Shown: positions 19,170 to 31,711, numbered from the stretch's first letter. The stretch is 64,000 nucleotides of DNA from an uncultured Candidatus Saccharibacteria bacterium (GCA_964534465.1 CAZHOB010000001.1:33870-97869), one strand, 5' to 3'. The notes: generated by a model not told the origin, from the sequence alone. Numbers and translations: made by a program.

Positions 19170-20417
19170 ATGAACAAAGCCACGGCGTGGGATGTTGCGG
19201 TCATCGGCGGCGGACCGGCTGGGATGATGGCCGCGGGGCGGGCTGCTGAGAAGGGGGCTTCGGTCATACTCTTGGAGAAAAATCCGGCACTCGGCAAAAA
19301 ACTACTCATCACCGGCGGCGGACGCTGCAATGTAGCCAACGCCGAATTTGATACCAGAAAGTTGCTCGCCAAGTACGGCAAAGCAGGCAAATACCTCGCT
19401 TCCCCATTTGCCGAATGGGCCGCCAAAGAGAGCGTTGCTTTTTTTGAGCAGTGCGGCATGCCCACCAAAGTGGAAGCGGAAAATCGCGTCTTCCCCTTGA
19501 GCAACAAGGCGCAGTCGGTGCACGACGTTCTCACCGCTTATCTCAAACAGGGCGCGGTCACTATTCGCACCAAAGCCGCTGTGAAAGGTTTCAATCTTAA
19601 AGACGGTCACATCGAGAGCGTGAAGGTGGGCAATGAAGAAATATTCGCCAAATCATTCGTCCTCGCGACCGGCGGAAAATCACGGCCGGAAACGGGCTCG
19701 ACCGGCGATGCATTTGAATGGCTCGCCGAGCTCGGCCACAAGATATCCACCTCCAACGCTGCGCTCGTACCTATCTCGGTGCACGATGTTTGGGTACAAC
19801 GAGTCGCCGGTGTGAGCCTGACCAATGCGAAAGTTACGCTGTTCCAAAACAACATCAAGCAGGAAAATATCATCGGCAAAATACTTTTCACTCACGAGGG
19901 CCTGAGCGGTCCCGCCATTCTCAACCTCAGTGCAGACATTGGCGAACTATTGGAATATGGCGACACAACGCTTGAGATAGATCTCTTGCCCACTTCCGGC
20001 TACGAGAAGGTCAACGAACAATTGCAATTCATTCTCAAAGAAAATCACGTCAAAAAGGTGAAAAACAGTTTGAAAATAATTATCCCTTCGGCCCTGGTAC
20101 CGATAGTGCTCGAACTCGCCGATATTAACGCCGAAAAATCCTGCAACGCCGTCACGCGCCCCGAGCGCATCCGCCTGATGAAGCTCGTGAAGCATCTGCC
20201 GCTGCGCGTAAAAGGATTGCTCGGCCTCGACAAAGCCGTCGTGACCTCCGGCGGCGTAACTCTCGACGAAGTGGACACTCGCACGATGCGTTCCCGCATC
20301 CACAGCAACCTCTATCTCATAGGCGACGTCCTCGACATCAACCGCCCCTCGGGCGGCTACTCTCTCCAGCTCTGCTGGACCACCGGATACATTGCTGGTA
20401 ACAACATTATCCTGTGA
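19170..20417 (+). CDS. HI0933/BaiN family flavoprotein
   Basis: IGGGPAGMMAA, GKKLLITGGGRCN, LATGGKS, LFTHEGLSGP, VTSGGV, GGYSLQ. Confidence 0.93.
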   Translation: MNKATAWDVAVIGGGPAGMMAAGRAAEKGASVILLEKNPALGKKLLITGGGRCNVANAEFDTRKLLAKYGKAGKYLASPFAEWAAKESVAFFEQCGMPTKVEAENRVFPLSNKAQSVHDVLTAYLKQGAVTIRTKAAVKGFNLKDGHIESVKVGNEEIFAKSFVLATGGKSRPETGSTGDAFEWLAELGHKISTSNAALVPISVHDVWVQRVAGVSLTNAKVTLFQNNIKQENIIGKILFTHEGLSGPAILNLSADIGELLEYGDTTLEIDLLPTSGYEKVNEQLQFILKENHVKKVKNSLKIIIPSALVPIVLELADINAEKSCNAVTRPERIRLMKLVKHLPLRVKGLLGLDKAVVTSGGVTLDEVDTRTMRSRIHSNLYLIGDVLDINRPSGGYSLQLCWTTGYIAGNNIIL

Positions 20418-20420
20418 TTT

Positions 20421-21173
20421 CTAAAACGGTATCGCCTCTTCTAGGTCAGGGTCCTTGGGCGAGAGATAGTGCTCAAGCGAGAATATCCAATCGCCCTCTC
20501 CTTCTGCGTCCTTCTTTTTCTCGCGCAAAAGCCATTCAAGATAGCGCCGGTCTGCGCGCGCGATATCTTCCAAACGTTTGCCGTTGTATTTGCCAAAGCG
20601 CAGGGTCGTAAAGAGCATCGGCCTATTGGAGATCGCCAGCATGTGCGCGAGCGCCGCCTCTTCCGAGCCTGTTTGCTCGATCAGCCTCCCGAGCAAATGC
20701 TCAAAGACGCCTTCGAGCACGAGCACGTCGCCAAAGGCGTCGTGCGCGTTGGCATCGATATCGATGCCGAAAAAATAGCGCAGATACTGCAATTTATATT
20801 GCTCGAACTCCTCGGCGGAGTCGATAGCGCGAGCGACTTTGTATGTGCAGATGACATTGCGCGGCTTCACCCCCTCGCGGGCAAGCATGCCGATATCAAA
20901 CGAGGCGTTGTGCGCGACAGCGACCGTCTCGTGATGCTCAAAGAGATCCTTGATGGCCGGGTATTCTTCGGCGAGAGAAAAGCTCGGCCGGCCCTCGAGC
21001 ATTTTCTCGGTAATGTGATGGATCGACATCGCGATAAGCGATATCGGCAACGGCGGCTTGTAAGTGGCGTTGAGCAAAGGCTCGTCCACACCGCGCTCCT
21101 TGATGGCCAACTGACAAAGCCGGTCCTTGGCCCCATTCCCCGTAGTCTCCGTATCAAAAAATATAATGTTCAC
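20421..21173 (-). CDS. DEDDh exonuclease, exodeoxyribonuclease X-like
   Basis: FFDTETTG, AHNASFD, AHDAFGDV, C-terminal LRFGKYNG...YLEWL. Confidence 0.88.
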   Translation of the reverse strand: MNIIFFDTETTGNGAKDRLCQLAIKERGVDEPLLNATYKPPLPISLIAMSIHHITEKMLEGRPSFSLAEEYPAIKDLFEHHETVAVAHNASFDIGMLAREGVKPRNVICTYKVARAIDSAEEFEQYKLQYLRYFFGIDIDANAHDAFGDVLVLEGVFEHLLGRLIEQTGSEEAALAHMLAISNRPMLFTTLRFGKYNGKRLEDIARADRRYLEWLLREKKKDAEGEGDWIFSLEHYLSPKDPDLEEAIPF

Positions 21174-21247
21174 CGTAGTATTCTACCGCAATCTGCCCCG
21201 ATATCTCGCTGTGCCGCGGCAAGTCATGGCTTGCGTAATGTATTTCT

Positions 21248-22708
21248 CTATTTCGCTAAGTCGAGGGTTTCGTCGATTCGGATCTTGGCGACGAATTCGG
21301 GGACGTGGGAGACGAGGATCATGGCGCCTTTGTATTCGTTGAGGGCTTCGGCGATGACGGGAATGTGGCGGAAGTTGATGTGATTGGTGGGCTCGTCGAG
21401 GATGAGCAGCCCCGGCTGCAGCAAAACGAGCCGCGCAAAAGCGACCAGTCCCTTCTGCCCTTCCGAAAGGTGCCCGATCTTGGTGCCGATGAGATCGTCT
21501 CGGATAAGAAATCCGGCAGCTACCACACGCATCTGCTCTTCCATCGGCTTGTCCATGGCGGCGAAGAGTTCCTCACGGACGGTGCGCTCAAAATCGAGAT
21601 TGGAAAAGTCCTGCCGGTAGTAGCCCACCTTGACGCCAGGCGTGATGGTCGCGCCTTCGGCGGTGCCCGAAGCGAGCGCTTCGAGGAGAGTGGATTTGCC
21701 GATGCCGTTGGGACCTTTGAGTAAGAGGTGCTGATTTTTGCGCAGCGAAATGGTTTTTTTCTTCATTACGACCTTGTGTTCGCGGATGGTTTTGTACGAG
21801 GTGATATGCAGCATTTCGCCGGTGAGATTTTCGGGGCACGGAATGGTGAACTTTTTTATCGTCTTGTCTTCGCGGCGCACGTCCACCATCGCCTCTTCGG
21901 CTTCTTCGGCCTTCGCGCGCATGCGCTTGGCGACGAGGCGCAGCTGACCGCCTTTCATCGCGAAGAAGTTGGCCTTCTCCTTATTTGCGATAGCCGTTTT
22001 CTTGAGTTGCGCGTTGGCCATGTTCTCTTTCTCGATACGCGCGCTTATCTGCTTCACCACATCAAAATAATTGCCCGCGTACTGCTCCACTTTGTGCGTA
22101 TGCACATCGAGATAGAGCACGCCCTGCGTGAAAGCATTGAGAAAGTCCGCGTCGTGAGAAATGACGATGCATGTCTTGGAATAGTCGATAAGGAATTGCG
22201 TAAGATGCGCGATGCCCTCTTTGTCGAGATTGTTGGTCGGCTCGTCCAAGAGAAGAAGGTCGGGGTCTTGGATGAGCGCCGAGGCGAGCAGGAGCCGCGC
22301 CTGCTGTCCGCCGGAAAAAGATTTCACAATGCGTTCGTGAAATTTGGCATGACCCTTGAGATTGACTATCTCGAGCACTTCATCGATGCGCGGGTCGATG
22401 TCATACATTTTTTTGTCAAAACACTTTTGGAAAAATTCGCGCACCGTGAGATGCATTTCGTCGCGCGGGATGACCTGCCGTGCGATGGCGATAGAGAGGC
22501 TATTTTCGATATGAATGTCGCCCTGGTCCGGCTCGAGCTTGCCGGTAATAAGTGCGAATATCGTGCTCTTACCGGCGCCATTTTGGCCCATGAGCGTGTA
22601 CTTCACGTTGCGTCGCACGGGAAAAGACACCTCATCGAGGATGGGCTTGTTGGGGCCGTGCTCGTACGAGACGTCCTCGAATTTTACTATTGCATCCTCG
22701 CGAGCCAT
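21248..22708 (-). CDS. ABC-F family ATP-binding protein
   Basis: Two ABC domains (GQNGAGKST, SGGQ, LLLDEPTN; GPNGIGKST, SEGQ, LDEPTNH) and no TM segments. Confidence 0.93.
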   Translation of the reverse strand: MAREDAIVKFEDVSYEHGPNKPILDEVSFPVRRNVKYTLMGQNGAGKSTIFALITGKLEPDQGDIHIENSLSIAIARQVIPRDEMHLTVREFFQKCFDKKMYDIDPRIDEVLEIVNLKGHAKFHERIVKSFSGGQQARLLLASALIQDPDLLLLDEPTNNLDKEGIAHLTQFLIDYSKTCIVISHDADFLNAFTQGVLYLDVHTHKVEQYAGNYFDVVKQISARIEKENMANAQLKKTAIANKEKANFFAMKGGQLRLVAKRMRAKAEEAEEAMVDVRREDKTIKKFTIPCPENLTGEMLHITSYKTIREHKVVMKKKTISLRKNQHLLLKGPNGIGKSTLLEALASGTAEGATITPGVKVGYYRQDFSNLDFERTVREELFAAMDKPMEEQMRVVAAGFLIRDDLIGTKIGHLSEGQKGLVAFARLVLLQPGLLILDEPTNHINFRHIPVIAEALNEYKGAMILVSHVPEFVAKIRIDETLDLAK

Positions 22709-22756
22709 GAAGAGGCAGTATATAGGGATGCGGGAGAAATGCACCGTCTCGCAAAA

Positions 22757-23347
22757 CTAAATGCCGCGGCGGCCGAGGTCGCGGGCTTTGTTGCACCATG
22801 CGGTGCATTGGGCTTCAGGGACGTTCTCGGCGGGACCGAGCCATGTAGAGCGCACAGAGAAGCCGGCAAACCAGAGTATCCCCCATTTGAGCTGCGCATT
22901 CACATTGCCCGGAAGCAGGCGTACGAGCCACGGCGGCGTGCCGCTTGTGAGCATGGTGCGGGCAGTCTTCCCGCGGTAGAGGCGATGCCAGAACATCGAA
23001 CGCTTGCCATTGGGCATTTTCATGTAGCGGAATGCTGAGCCCGGAAGCCATGCGCGGTCGAAGAGGCCCTTGAGAATGGCAGGCATGCCCACCCACCATA
23101 CCGGATAAATAATGACGATGTGATCGCACCACCCGACGAGTTCCTGGAATTTCTTGAGGTCGGACTCCATTTCTTGAATGGCGCGATAGCCGAGGTGCAA
23201 AATGGGATCGAATTGCATCTCGCCGATGTTGAGGCGCTGCACTTCGTGCCCACCCTCGCGCGCGCCTGCCTCATACGCGTCGGCAAGATTGCCGCACATA
23301 CCGCGCTTGTCTGAATGACCTAATAGTATGAAAATTTTCTTTGTCAC
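22757..23347 (-). CDS. NAD(P)H-dependent oxidoreductase, flavodoxin-like fold
   Basis: ILLGHS, YPVWWVGMPAILKGLFDR. Confidence 0.9.
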   Translation of the reverse strand: MTKKIFILLGHSDKRGMCGNLADAYEAGAREGGHEVQRLNIGEMQFDPILHLGYRAIQEMESDLKKFQELVGWCDHIVIIYPVWWVGMPAILKGLFDRAWLPGSAFRYMKMPNGKRSMFWHRLYRGKTARTMLTSGTPPWLVRLLPGNVNAQLKWGILWFAGFSVRSTWLGPAENVPEAQCTAWCNKARDLGRRGI

Positions 23348-23349
23348 GG

Positions 23350-23922
23350 TTATTCTTCCCCCATCATTGGCTCGCGTTTGTTCTCATCGATATCTATTTC
23401 GTCGTCTTCGTATGGCAGGTTTTTGTCGCTCATCGTCATCGGCTCCTGCTTGTCGAGCACGGTCGCCGAGCCATCACTCTCTATATTTTCCTCTTGGATG
23501 ACTTCCCGCTCGATCTCTTCGTCGGGTCTGCCGACGTCATGTAAAATCATAGCACGCAAAGTTTTCATGCTGAAATAAAACGCGAAAAGGAAAAGTAATG
23601 CGATAGCGACGCGCAACACGAATGTGGTCATCGAGCTCGCCGGATAACCGAAAAGTCCCCAGAGACCGTAGATGGCGGCCAGAGCACCCGTGATCGCGGA
23701 ATTGATCACGAAAATAGAGCGCCTACGCGGATTGGTGATAGCGGCAAGACCCACGACAATGATCGCACCAAAGACGATGAACGGTATTTGGGCGGAATAC
23801 GAGTTGACATACATGGGCGAGGCGATGAGCATGAGGGCGACACCCGCAAGCATCAGCTGACGCACATAATCGCCGTGGTAATGAGGTATTTTCTCAATTA
23901 CTGTATCTGTAAGCGGTGGCAT
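23350..23922 (-). CDS. Hypothetical 4-TM membrane protein with acidic tail
   Basis: HYHGDYVR N-terminus, four hydrophobic segments, D/E-rich C-terminus. Confidence 0.75.
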   Translation of the reverse strand: MPPLTDTVIEKIPHYHGDYVRQLMLAGVALMLIASPMYVNSYSAQIPFIVFGAIIVVGLAAITNPRRRSIFVINSAITGALAAIYGLWGLFGYPASSMTTFVLRVAIALLFLFAFYFSMKTLRAMILHDVGRPDEEIEREVIQEENIESDGSATVLDKQEPMTMSDKNLPYEDDEIDIDENKREPMMGEE

Positions 23923-23957
23923 AGATAAATAGTGGCACGACCGAGCGGAATTTCAAA

Positions 23958-24275
23958 TTAGGCGTGGTTGACCGAGGCACTGCGTGCGAGCGCGATAATG
24001 GCTTCGGGACTGTCTTTTTCTGACACGTCCACGCGTCGCACTTCTCCGCAACGGATGCACGAATGAACGATGCGGTAGTGAGGCGTCGTACCCTCCACGT
24101 TAATGGGCCTCATCATACCGGAACACGCCTCCGCTCTGTCGCCCGGATGCACATCTACGTGCTTGCTCCAAAGGCACACGGGGCAGTGATTGGTGTAGCC
24201 GGTGCCCACTACCTTCGCGCCACAGTGCTCACAGTCGAAATCCTCGACTTTTTTTTGGAATTTTTTGGACGGCAT
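23958..24275 (-). CDS. RNHCP-domain zinc-binding protein
   Basis: FDCEHCG, TNHCPVCLWSKHVD, PGDR...C.G.M.P, HSCIRCG. Confidence 0.9.
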   Translation of the reverse strand: MPSKKFQKKVEDFDCEHCGAKVVGTGYTNHCPVCLWSKHVDVHPGDRAEACSGMMRPINVEGTTPHYRIVHSCIRCGEVRRVDVSEKDSPEAIIALARSASVNHA

Positions 24276-24277
24276 GA

Positions 24278-25720
24278 TCACTGGAGCGACAGCGTCGTCG
24301 TTTGCGTTACTGTATCACCTTTCAGCGACTTGCACTGAAGCGTGAACATGAGCGAGCTAGATGCGGCACCGGTCGTGGGCACGAGCTGCGTCCCTTCGTT
24401 AGCTTGCGCTATGAGCTGTGATGTGTCGATGAACAACCGGCATTTGTCGTCGTTCTTCATGCCGACGCTCGTCCATGAGACGAGCACTGAATCGCCGCGA
24501 CGTATGGCTATGGGCTGCGTGATGATGGTCGCCGCCGAGAGTGACGTGGACGGCGCGACGTAGCCGGTGTTGACGCTTTGAGTCGGGCCAATCGTACTGT
24601 AATTCCCACTGCTACCCGCATACGTCTGCAATTGTTCCAGTGCGGAGGTGTAGGAGATGGGCGATGTATTCGCGCTCGTCGGGCTCGTCTGCTGCCCGTA
24701 TGCGGCCATCTGCTGATTGAATGCTGCCGAGTAATCGGTAGGTGTATAAGAATATCCCGTCGATGTTTGACCGATAGAACTTGGATTAAATGACATACCA
24801 TACGGACTTCCTACCGAGGTCGGAGAACCGATGGAATATGGAGATGTCGAGGGAGGGGTAATGCCGCCAAATGGCGACATACCAAATGAACTCATGGGTT
24901 GCTGCGGCGGAAGATAGGCGCCTCCCATGAGACTCGTCGGAGGATACGACCAACTACTGGGATACGCCTGAACGGCATTCGCACTATAGCTTCCGGTCAT
25001 GCTCTCGTTGAGCAGCTGACCTACATTGGAGGGAGCGGGCACTCGAGCACCTCCACCCGCCATAGCTAAGCCCTGCTTTAGTTCGTTTGGATCATACGGA
25101 AGCGAACCCGCTTCGTAGCAGGACATTGCAAGGGCAAGACGTCCCATGAGGTCGACGTCATTGGGATCGAAAACCTCATTGACGGGGATGCCCGCCGCCC
25201 TAGAAACGAAATCGGCATACGCGGGCACGTCGCCTGAGATGCCCGTCCATTGCTGCACGACACTTCCTATAGTGCAGCGACCACGCTCTCCGCAGTACCG
25301 TCTCAAAAGTTCGATGTGCGCGGCAAATCCATAGGAAACGGCTGGGAATATGGCGGTGTTGTTGTTGGGATGACAGCCGATGGAATTCCACCGGCTCGCG
25401 GTGGGTCCGCAGACTTGCGCGCCCGTATTGCGCGTACGACAAGACAAAGTGCATGTATCCCTACTGCACGGGGACATGCTTTTTATCTTTGCGTACCATT
25501 GATCGAAATCCTGTCCGATGCCGAGTATGGCGGTGTCTTTTGGACATGTCTCAAAAGCGACGGGAATGCCGCGATCAGTCAACTGTTTCGCTTCATCCGC
25601 GGTCGTGTAATGACAACCCGGACCAAGAGGCATATCGGAGGGTGGTAAGTCGGCCATAACAGCAAGGGGTATGGCAGCTGCAATGATGCAGCTCGCCAAT
25701 AATGCTACGCGCGAACTCAT
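24278..25720 (-). CDS. Secreted protein with a phage P5/lysozyme-like central domain and a long Ser/Thr/Pro linker
   Basis: Signal peptide; F...YG.AA..LLRRY...TI..VVQQW...AYADFVS..AGI...LALAMS.YE.G pattern; low-complexity linker; C-terminal Ig-like segment. Confidence 0.65.
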   Translation of the reverse strand: MSSRVALLASCIIAAAIPLAVMADLPPSDMPLGPGCHYTTADEAKQLTDRGIPVAFETCPKDTAILGIGQDFDQWYAKIKSMSPCSRDTCTLSCRTRNTGAQVCGPTASRWNSIGCHPNNNTAIFPAVSYGFAAHIELLRRYCGERGRCTIGSVVQQWTGISGDVPAYADFVSRAAGIPVNEVFDPNDVDLMGRLALAMSCYEAGSLPYDPNELKQGLAMAGGGARVPAPSNVGQLLNESMTGSYSANAVQAYPSSWSYPPTSLMGGAYLPPQQPMSSFGMSPFGGITPPSTSPYSIGSPTSVGSPYGMSFNPSSIGQTSTGYSYTPTDYSAAFNQQMAAYGQQTSPTSANTSPISYTSALEQLQTYAGSSGNYSTIGPTQSVNTGYVAPSTSLSAATIITQPIAIRRGDSVLVSWTSVGMKNDDKCRLFIDTSQLIAQANEGTQLVPTTGAASSSLMFTLQCKSLKGDTVTQTTTLSLQ

Positions 25721-25772
25721 TGCCCTATTATAATGGGAAAAATCGAAGGAGCGGGAAGAAATGTTGAAAAGA

Positions 25773-26021
25773 CTAGAGCAACACGACGGCGCGGTTGTTG
25801 GAGCATTCAACGACGCCGCTGTCGACTTCGAATTGCTCGGGTTCTTTGCCTTCGGTGCGCACGGTGATGTGGCCATGCTTTAGCGTGGTAACTATAGGTT
25901 CGTGATGAGCGAGGACGGTGAACTCGCCGGCCTCTCCGGGGAGAGTCGCGGAAACGACAGGGCCGTCGAATCGCGTTTCCCCTACTGAAGCGATGACCAA
26001 ATGGAAGGTCGGGTGCGCCAT
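25773..26021 (-). CDS. atpC: F1 ATP synthase epsilon subunit (N-terminal domain only)
   Basis: TLPGEAGEFTVLAHHEP.VT.L..G, FEVDSGVVE; last gene of the atp operon; 82 aa. Confidence 0.9.
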   Translation of the reverse strand: MAHPTFHLVIASVGETRFDGPVVSATLPGEAGEFTVLAHHEPIVTTLKHGHITVRTEGKEPEQFEVDSGVVECSNNRAVVLL

Positions 26022-26023
26022 AG

Positions 26024-28018
<1,995 letters not shown>

Positions 28019-28022
<4 letters not shown>

Positions 28023-28363
28023 TCAGCGAAAAGCGGTGGATGGCGCAAATTAAGGTCCAACTTCTTGAGGAACGCACTGATAATGCTGTGTTTTTGCTCT
28101 TCAGAGATCTTAAGTTTCTTTACGGCAAGCGAGGCAGCTTCTCGAGCGCTATGCAGCAATTCTTGGCGTTCTGCCGTCTGATCTCCGGAAATACTGTTCT
28201 CGATCGCATCGCGCACTTCATTGCGTTGTTCGATGCTTACATAATTGGTCTCGAGCGCGCTACGCATCGCGCCCTTGACGACAAAAAGCACCTTGCCGAC
28301 TTCTGCGGCACGGTTTTTTTCTACACTGAACATCTTGTTGATGTCGGGTTTCTCCATCGACAT
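28019..28363 (-). CDS. Hypothetical protein inside the atp operon
   Basis: ORF starts 1 nt after the atpG stop and overlaps the rdgB start (ATGA). Confidence 0.75.
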
Positions 28364-28364
28364 A

Positions 28365-29282
28365 TTATTTCATGGCCTCGATGCCGGATGTGATCTCGGA
28401 GACTTCTCGGGTGATGACAGCTTGGCGTACTTTGTTGAACACGCGGGTAAGTGAGTGCGCCATGTCGCGCGCTTTGTCGGTCGCGCTTTTCATCGCGACC
28501 ATGCGTGCGGAGTGCTCGGATGCTTTGCCCTCGAGCACGGCGTGGAAGATCGCCATATTGAGAAGGCGTGGCAAAAGCACTGCAAGCACGCTATCGGTGT
28601 CAGGCTCGACTGTGTATGCAGCAGGCGCATGTCCATTTTCATCTTTGCGCGGGGCGTAGCGGCCGCGCGCAGGGCGGATGCCGTCGACCATTTCTTTCAT
28701 CATTGCGGGAGTGATAGGGATTATCTGACGCACGGTCGGCTGCTGCTCGAAGGTGGATATGAAATTTTGGTAGAACACGAGACACGCACCTACTTCCCCT
28801 TTTTTGTGCCACTCTACGACCTTGTCGGTAACTTTGCGCAACTCTTGCTCGAGCACGGCGTCGCCCATGTTTTCGTGGCGCTCACGCACATCGTATCCGC
28901 GATTGGCGAAGAAATCCCCGCCACGACGGCCGATTGTGATCATGATGATGTCTTTTTGATGCAATGCGCGCACTGTGATCTCGTGTTCGACGCGACGAAT
29001 GACGCCCGAATTGAGCGCGCCCGCGAGGCCCTTGTCACTCGTAACGACGATAATGCATGTCTTGCCGCTACCTTCTTGCATAAGCGGGTGGCGGGAAATA
29101 TCGGCAGTACCGGCGAGGCGCTCGAGCGTCGAGAGACCTGCTGCCGCGTACGCGCGGCCCGCGAGCGCACGCTCCTGCGCCTTGCGCATCTTCACGGCAG
29201 AGACGGCCTCCATGGCATGTGTCACGGTGCCGGTCTTTTTGTATGAAAGAATTTTGTGCTTTATGTTCTTGAGGCTGGCCAT
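28365..29282 (-). CDS. atpG: F1 ATP synthase gamma subunit
   Basis: AMEAVSAVKMRK, TSDKGLAGALN, ASEHSARMVAM, RQAVITREVSEI. Confidence 0.98.
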   Translation of the reverse strand: MASLKNIKHKILSYKKTGTVTHAMEAVSAVKMRKAQERALAGRAYAAAGLSTLERLAGTADISRHPLMQEGSGKTCIIVVTSDKGLAGALNSGVIRRVEHEITVRALHQKDIIMITIGRRGGDFFANRGYDVRERHENMGDAVLEQELRKVTDKVVEWHKKGEVGACLVFYQNFISTFEQQPTVRQIIPITPAMMKEMVDGIRPARGRYAPRKDENGHAPAAYTVEPDTDSVLAVLLPRLLNMAIFHAVLEGKASEHSARMVAMKSATDKARDMAHSLTRVFNKVRQAVITREVSEITSGIEAMK

Positions 29283-29315
29283 AGGAATACCACGAAGGTT
29301 AATTCAAATGCTTTT

Positions 29316-29645
29316 TCATTTCCTGCTCGAGTTCGGATGTTGCTGCTGCGACTGATCCAGCTCGGCGGCCTGTTTGTTCAACGCCTGTTCGAGCTCCAAC
29401 ATTTCGTCTTCCAAGTCTTCGATGCGTTCCGAGAGCAGAAGTCCCGCTGCGCTTTTGCGATCCACCTCTTTATACTCCTTGGTGAGCTTTTCGTATTCCG
29501 CTATCAAAGTCTGTAGATGCTCCGCCATACCTGCATACGCCTCATTGTTGCCGCGCAGGACATTGCCTGCGGCTTCTTTTTGCGCGTAGACTTCTTCCGC
29601 CTTGGTGTGCACGTGTTCCTGTCGCCTCTCGAGACCACCTTCCAT
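29316..29645 (-). CDS. Hypothetical coiled-coil protein inside the atp operon
   Basis: ATG 1 nt after the atpA stop; E/L/Q-rich heptad pattern. Confidence 0.7.
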   Translation of the reverse strand: MEGGLERRQEHVHTKAEEVYAQKEAAGNVLRGNNEAYAGMAEHLQTLIAEYEKLTKEYKEVDRKSAAGLLLSERIEDLEDEMLELEQALNKQAAELDQSQQQHPNSSRK

Positions 29646-29646
29646 A

Positions 29647-31218
29647 TTATTTTGCCGTTGCGAACAATTCGCTATGGGCCAAGCGGAATTCTTCGAGCTT
29701 GCGATCGAGCTTCGCCTTAAGGTCGTCGGAAAGCACACCGGAAAACTTGATGTCTTTGAGAATATCGGCAGCTTGACCGTCGAGGAAGGCGGCGAGCTTA
29801 GCTTCCGCCGCAGTCACTTTGTTGACCGGCACATCTGCGAAAAGCTGTTTGCCGGCGGCATAGAGTACCGCGACCTGCATTTCCATCGGTATCGGTGCGC
29901 CGTTCTTTTGCTTCAGTACCTCCACCATGCGCTGACCCGATGCGATGCGATCGGCGGTAGCTTTGTCGAGGTCTTGAGCGAATTGCATAAAGGCTTCGAG
30001 CTCACGGAACTGCGCGAGCTCGAGCTTGAGACCGCCCGCCACGGATTTCATCGCCTTGGTCTGCGCACTGGAGCCGACGCGCGAGACGGAGATACCTACA
30101 TCAATCGCGGGACGGATGCCTTTGTTGAAAAGCTCCGAAATGAGGAATATCTGACCGTCGGTGATGGAGATGACATTTGTCGGAATGTAGCCGGAGACAT
30201 CACCGTCCTGCGTTTCGATGATGGGAAGCGCCGTGATGGAGCCGCCACCTTTTTCTTTGCTCAGACAGGCGGCGCGCTCGAGCAAACGAGAGTGGAGATA
30301 GAAAATGTCACCGGGATACGCTTCGCGGCCCGGCGGACGGCGCAGGAGCAGAGAGAGCTCACGGTATGCGACGGCTTGCTTGGAGAGGTCGTCGTAGATG
30401 ATGAGCACATCGCGGCCGCGGTCCATGAAATATTCGCCCATGGCCACACCGGCAAACGGCGCGAGGTATTGGAGCGCGGCAGGCGCAGAGGCCGGAGCGT
30501 CGACAATGATGGTGTACTCGAGGGCACGTTCCGCGCGAAGCTGTGCGACGATGCGTGCGGTCTTACTTTCCTTCTGGCCGATAGCTACGTAGATGCAGAT
30601 AGGGCGCTTTTCGGCTGGCTCATGACGCTGGTTGATTATCGTATCGATAGCGACGGTGGTCTTGCCGGTGCCGCGATCGCCGATGATGAGCTCGCGCTGA
30701 CCGCGGCCAATAGGGATCATGGCGTCGATAGCTTTGATACCCGTAGCCATCGGCACGGAGACCGATCTGCGGGCAATAACGCCATACGCTTCGCGCTCGA
30801 GCGGCATCATCGTCACGTCTTTGAACGGTCCTTTGCCGTCTATCGGCGCACCGAGCGTATTGACCACGCGGCCGAGCAACTCTTCGCCCGAGGGCACCGA
30901 GAGGATTTTGCCGGTCGATCTGACCGTCATACCTTCGGCTACACGGGCTGTGTCGCCCAAAATAGTAGCGCGCACGCCGTCCTCTTCGAGATTCAAAATA
31001 AGACCGTAGATCTCGTCCTGTACTTCCATCGCGTGTGACAATTTCTTGCCCTTAGTCTCCTCAAAGACGATGATCTCGCTCATCACGGCTTTGGAGAGGC
31101 CGTCGATAGAGACGACACCATCGCCGACGGCAGTAACGCGCCCGACGTGTTCACCTTCGGCTTTCGGCGTGTACTGTTCGATCTCTTTGATTATTTTCTC
31201 AACGATGGTGTTGTCCAT
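29647..31218 (-). CDS. atpA: F1 ATP synthase alpha subunit
   Basis: [40 protein letters not shown]. Confidence 0.99.
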   Translation of the reverse strand: MDNTIVEKIIKEIEQYTPKAEGEHVGRVTAVGDGVVSIDGLSKAVMSEIIVFEETKGKKLSHAMEVQDEIYGLILNLEEDGVRATILGDTARVAEGMTVRSTGKILSVPSGEELLGRVVNTLGAPIDGKGPFKDVTMMPLEREAYGVIARRSVSVPMATGIKAIDAMIPIGRGQRELIIGDRGTGKTTVAIDTIINQRHEPAEKRPICIYVAIGQKESKTARIVAQLRAERALEYTIIVDAPASAPAALQYLAPFAGVAMGEYFMDRGRDVLIIYDDLSKQAVAYRELSLLLRRPPGREAYPGDIFYLHSRLLERAACLSKEKGGGSITALPIIETQDGDVSGYIPTNVISITDGQIFLISELFNKGIRPAIDVGISVSRVGSSAQTKAMKSVAGGLKLELAQFRELEAFMQFAQDLDKATADRIASGQRMVEVLKQKNGAPIPMEMQVAVLYAAGKQLFADVPVNKVTAAEAKLAAFLDGQAADILKDIKFSGVLSDDLKAKLDRKLEEFRLAHSELFATAK

Positions 31219-31271
31219 AAAATATTACTCTTTGGTTGACCGATTATATATTGAAAGCAGGTGTTTCCGAT

Positions 31272-31318
31272 AGTCCCGACGCCTACTGGGTCGGGATCCC
31301 GACCGAAGCGTCGGGACT
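31272..31318. repeat. CCCGAC-family nested palindrome overlapping the atpH 3' end
   Basis: AGTCCCGACGC/GCGTCGGGACT outer arms and a central perfect GGTCGGGATCCCGACC. Confidence 0.9.
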
Positions 31319-31708
31319 CTCATCAGTTACGTTTTTATAAAGTCTGAGGAGGTGCCGAACGTATGTATTGTCAACCAGGTATTCCCCACCCTCCAAACGC
31401 CATCCGCCGATAAGATTTTCGTCGATATGCACTTCGAGATTCTTCACATCGAGCTTGAGCTGCTCCATCACCTTTTTGGCTTCGGCCTTGGCGTGATGCT
31501 CGTCAGAATGACGGGCGATGCTGAGGGTCATCTTCGTGCGCAAGAGCTCGCGCTGCGCGAGGCGCTCAAACGCCTTGGAGATGCGTGGTAGAAGAATTTC
31601 CCTGCCGTGTTTCTTGAGCAGAGTCCGCAAACCATCCACGGCCTCATGGGCCGTCTTTCCCTTCTCGGAAACCATTCTCCAGAGTGCTTGTGCGTAAATG
31701 TTCTCCAT
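31283..31708 (-). CDS. atpH: F1 ATP synthase delta subunit
   Basis: YAQAL N-terminus, IDENLIGGW...VD; position between atpF and atpA. Confidence 0.9.
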   Translation of the reverse strand: MENIYAQALWRMVSEKGKTAHEAVDGLRTLLKKHGREILLPRISKAFERLAQRELLRTKMTLSIARHSDEHHAKAEAKKVMEQLKLDVKNLEVHIDENLIGGWRLEGGEYLVDNTYVRHLLRLYKNVTDESPDASVGIPTQ

Positions 31709-31711
31709 AAT

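Noticed and set aside
21728-23038. Long + strand ORF (436 aa), and similar ones at 29602-31038, 15773-16801, 20469-21383 and 36608-37450
   Set aside because: Antisense shadows of well-supported minus-strand genes; they carry no recognisable motifs
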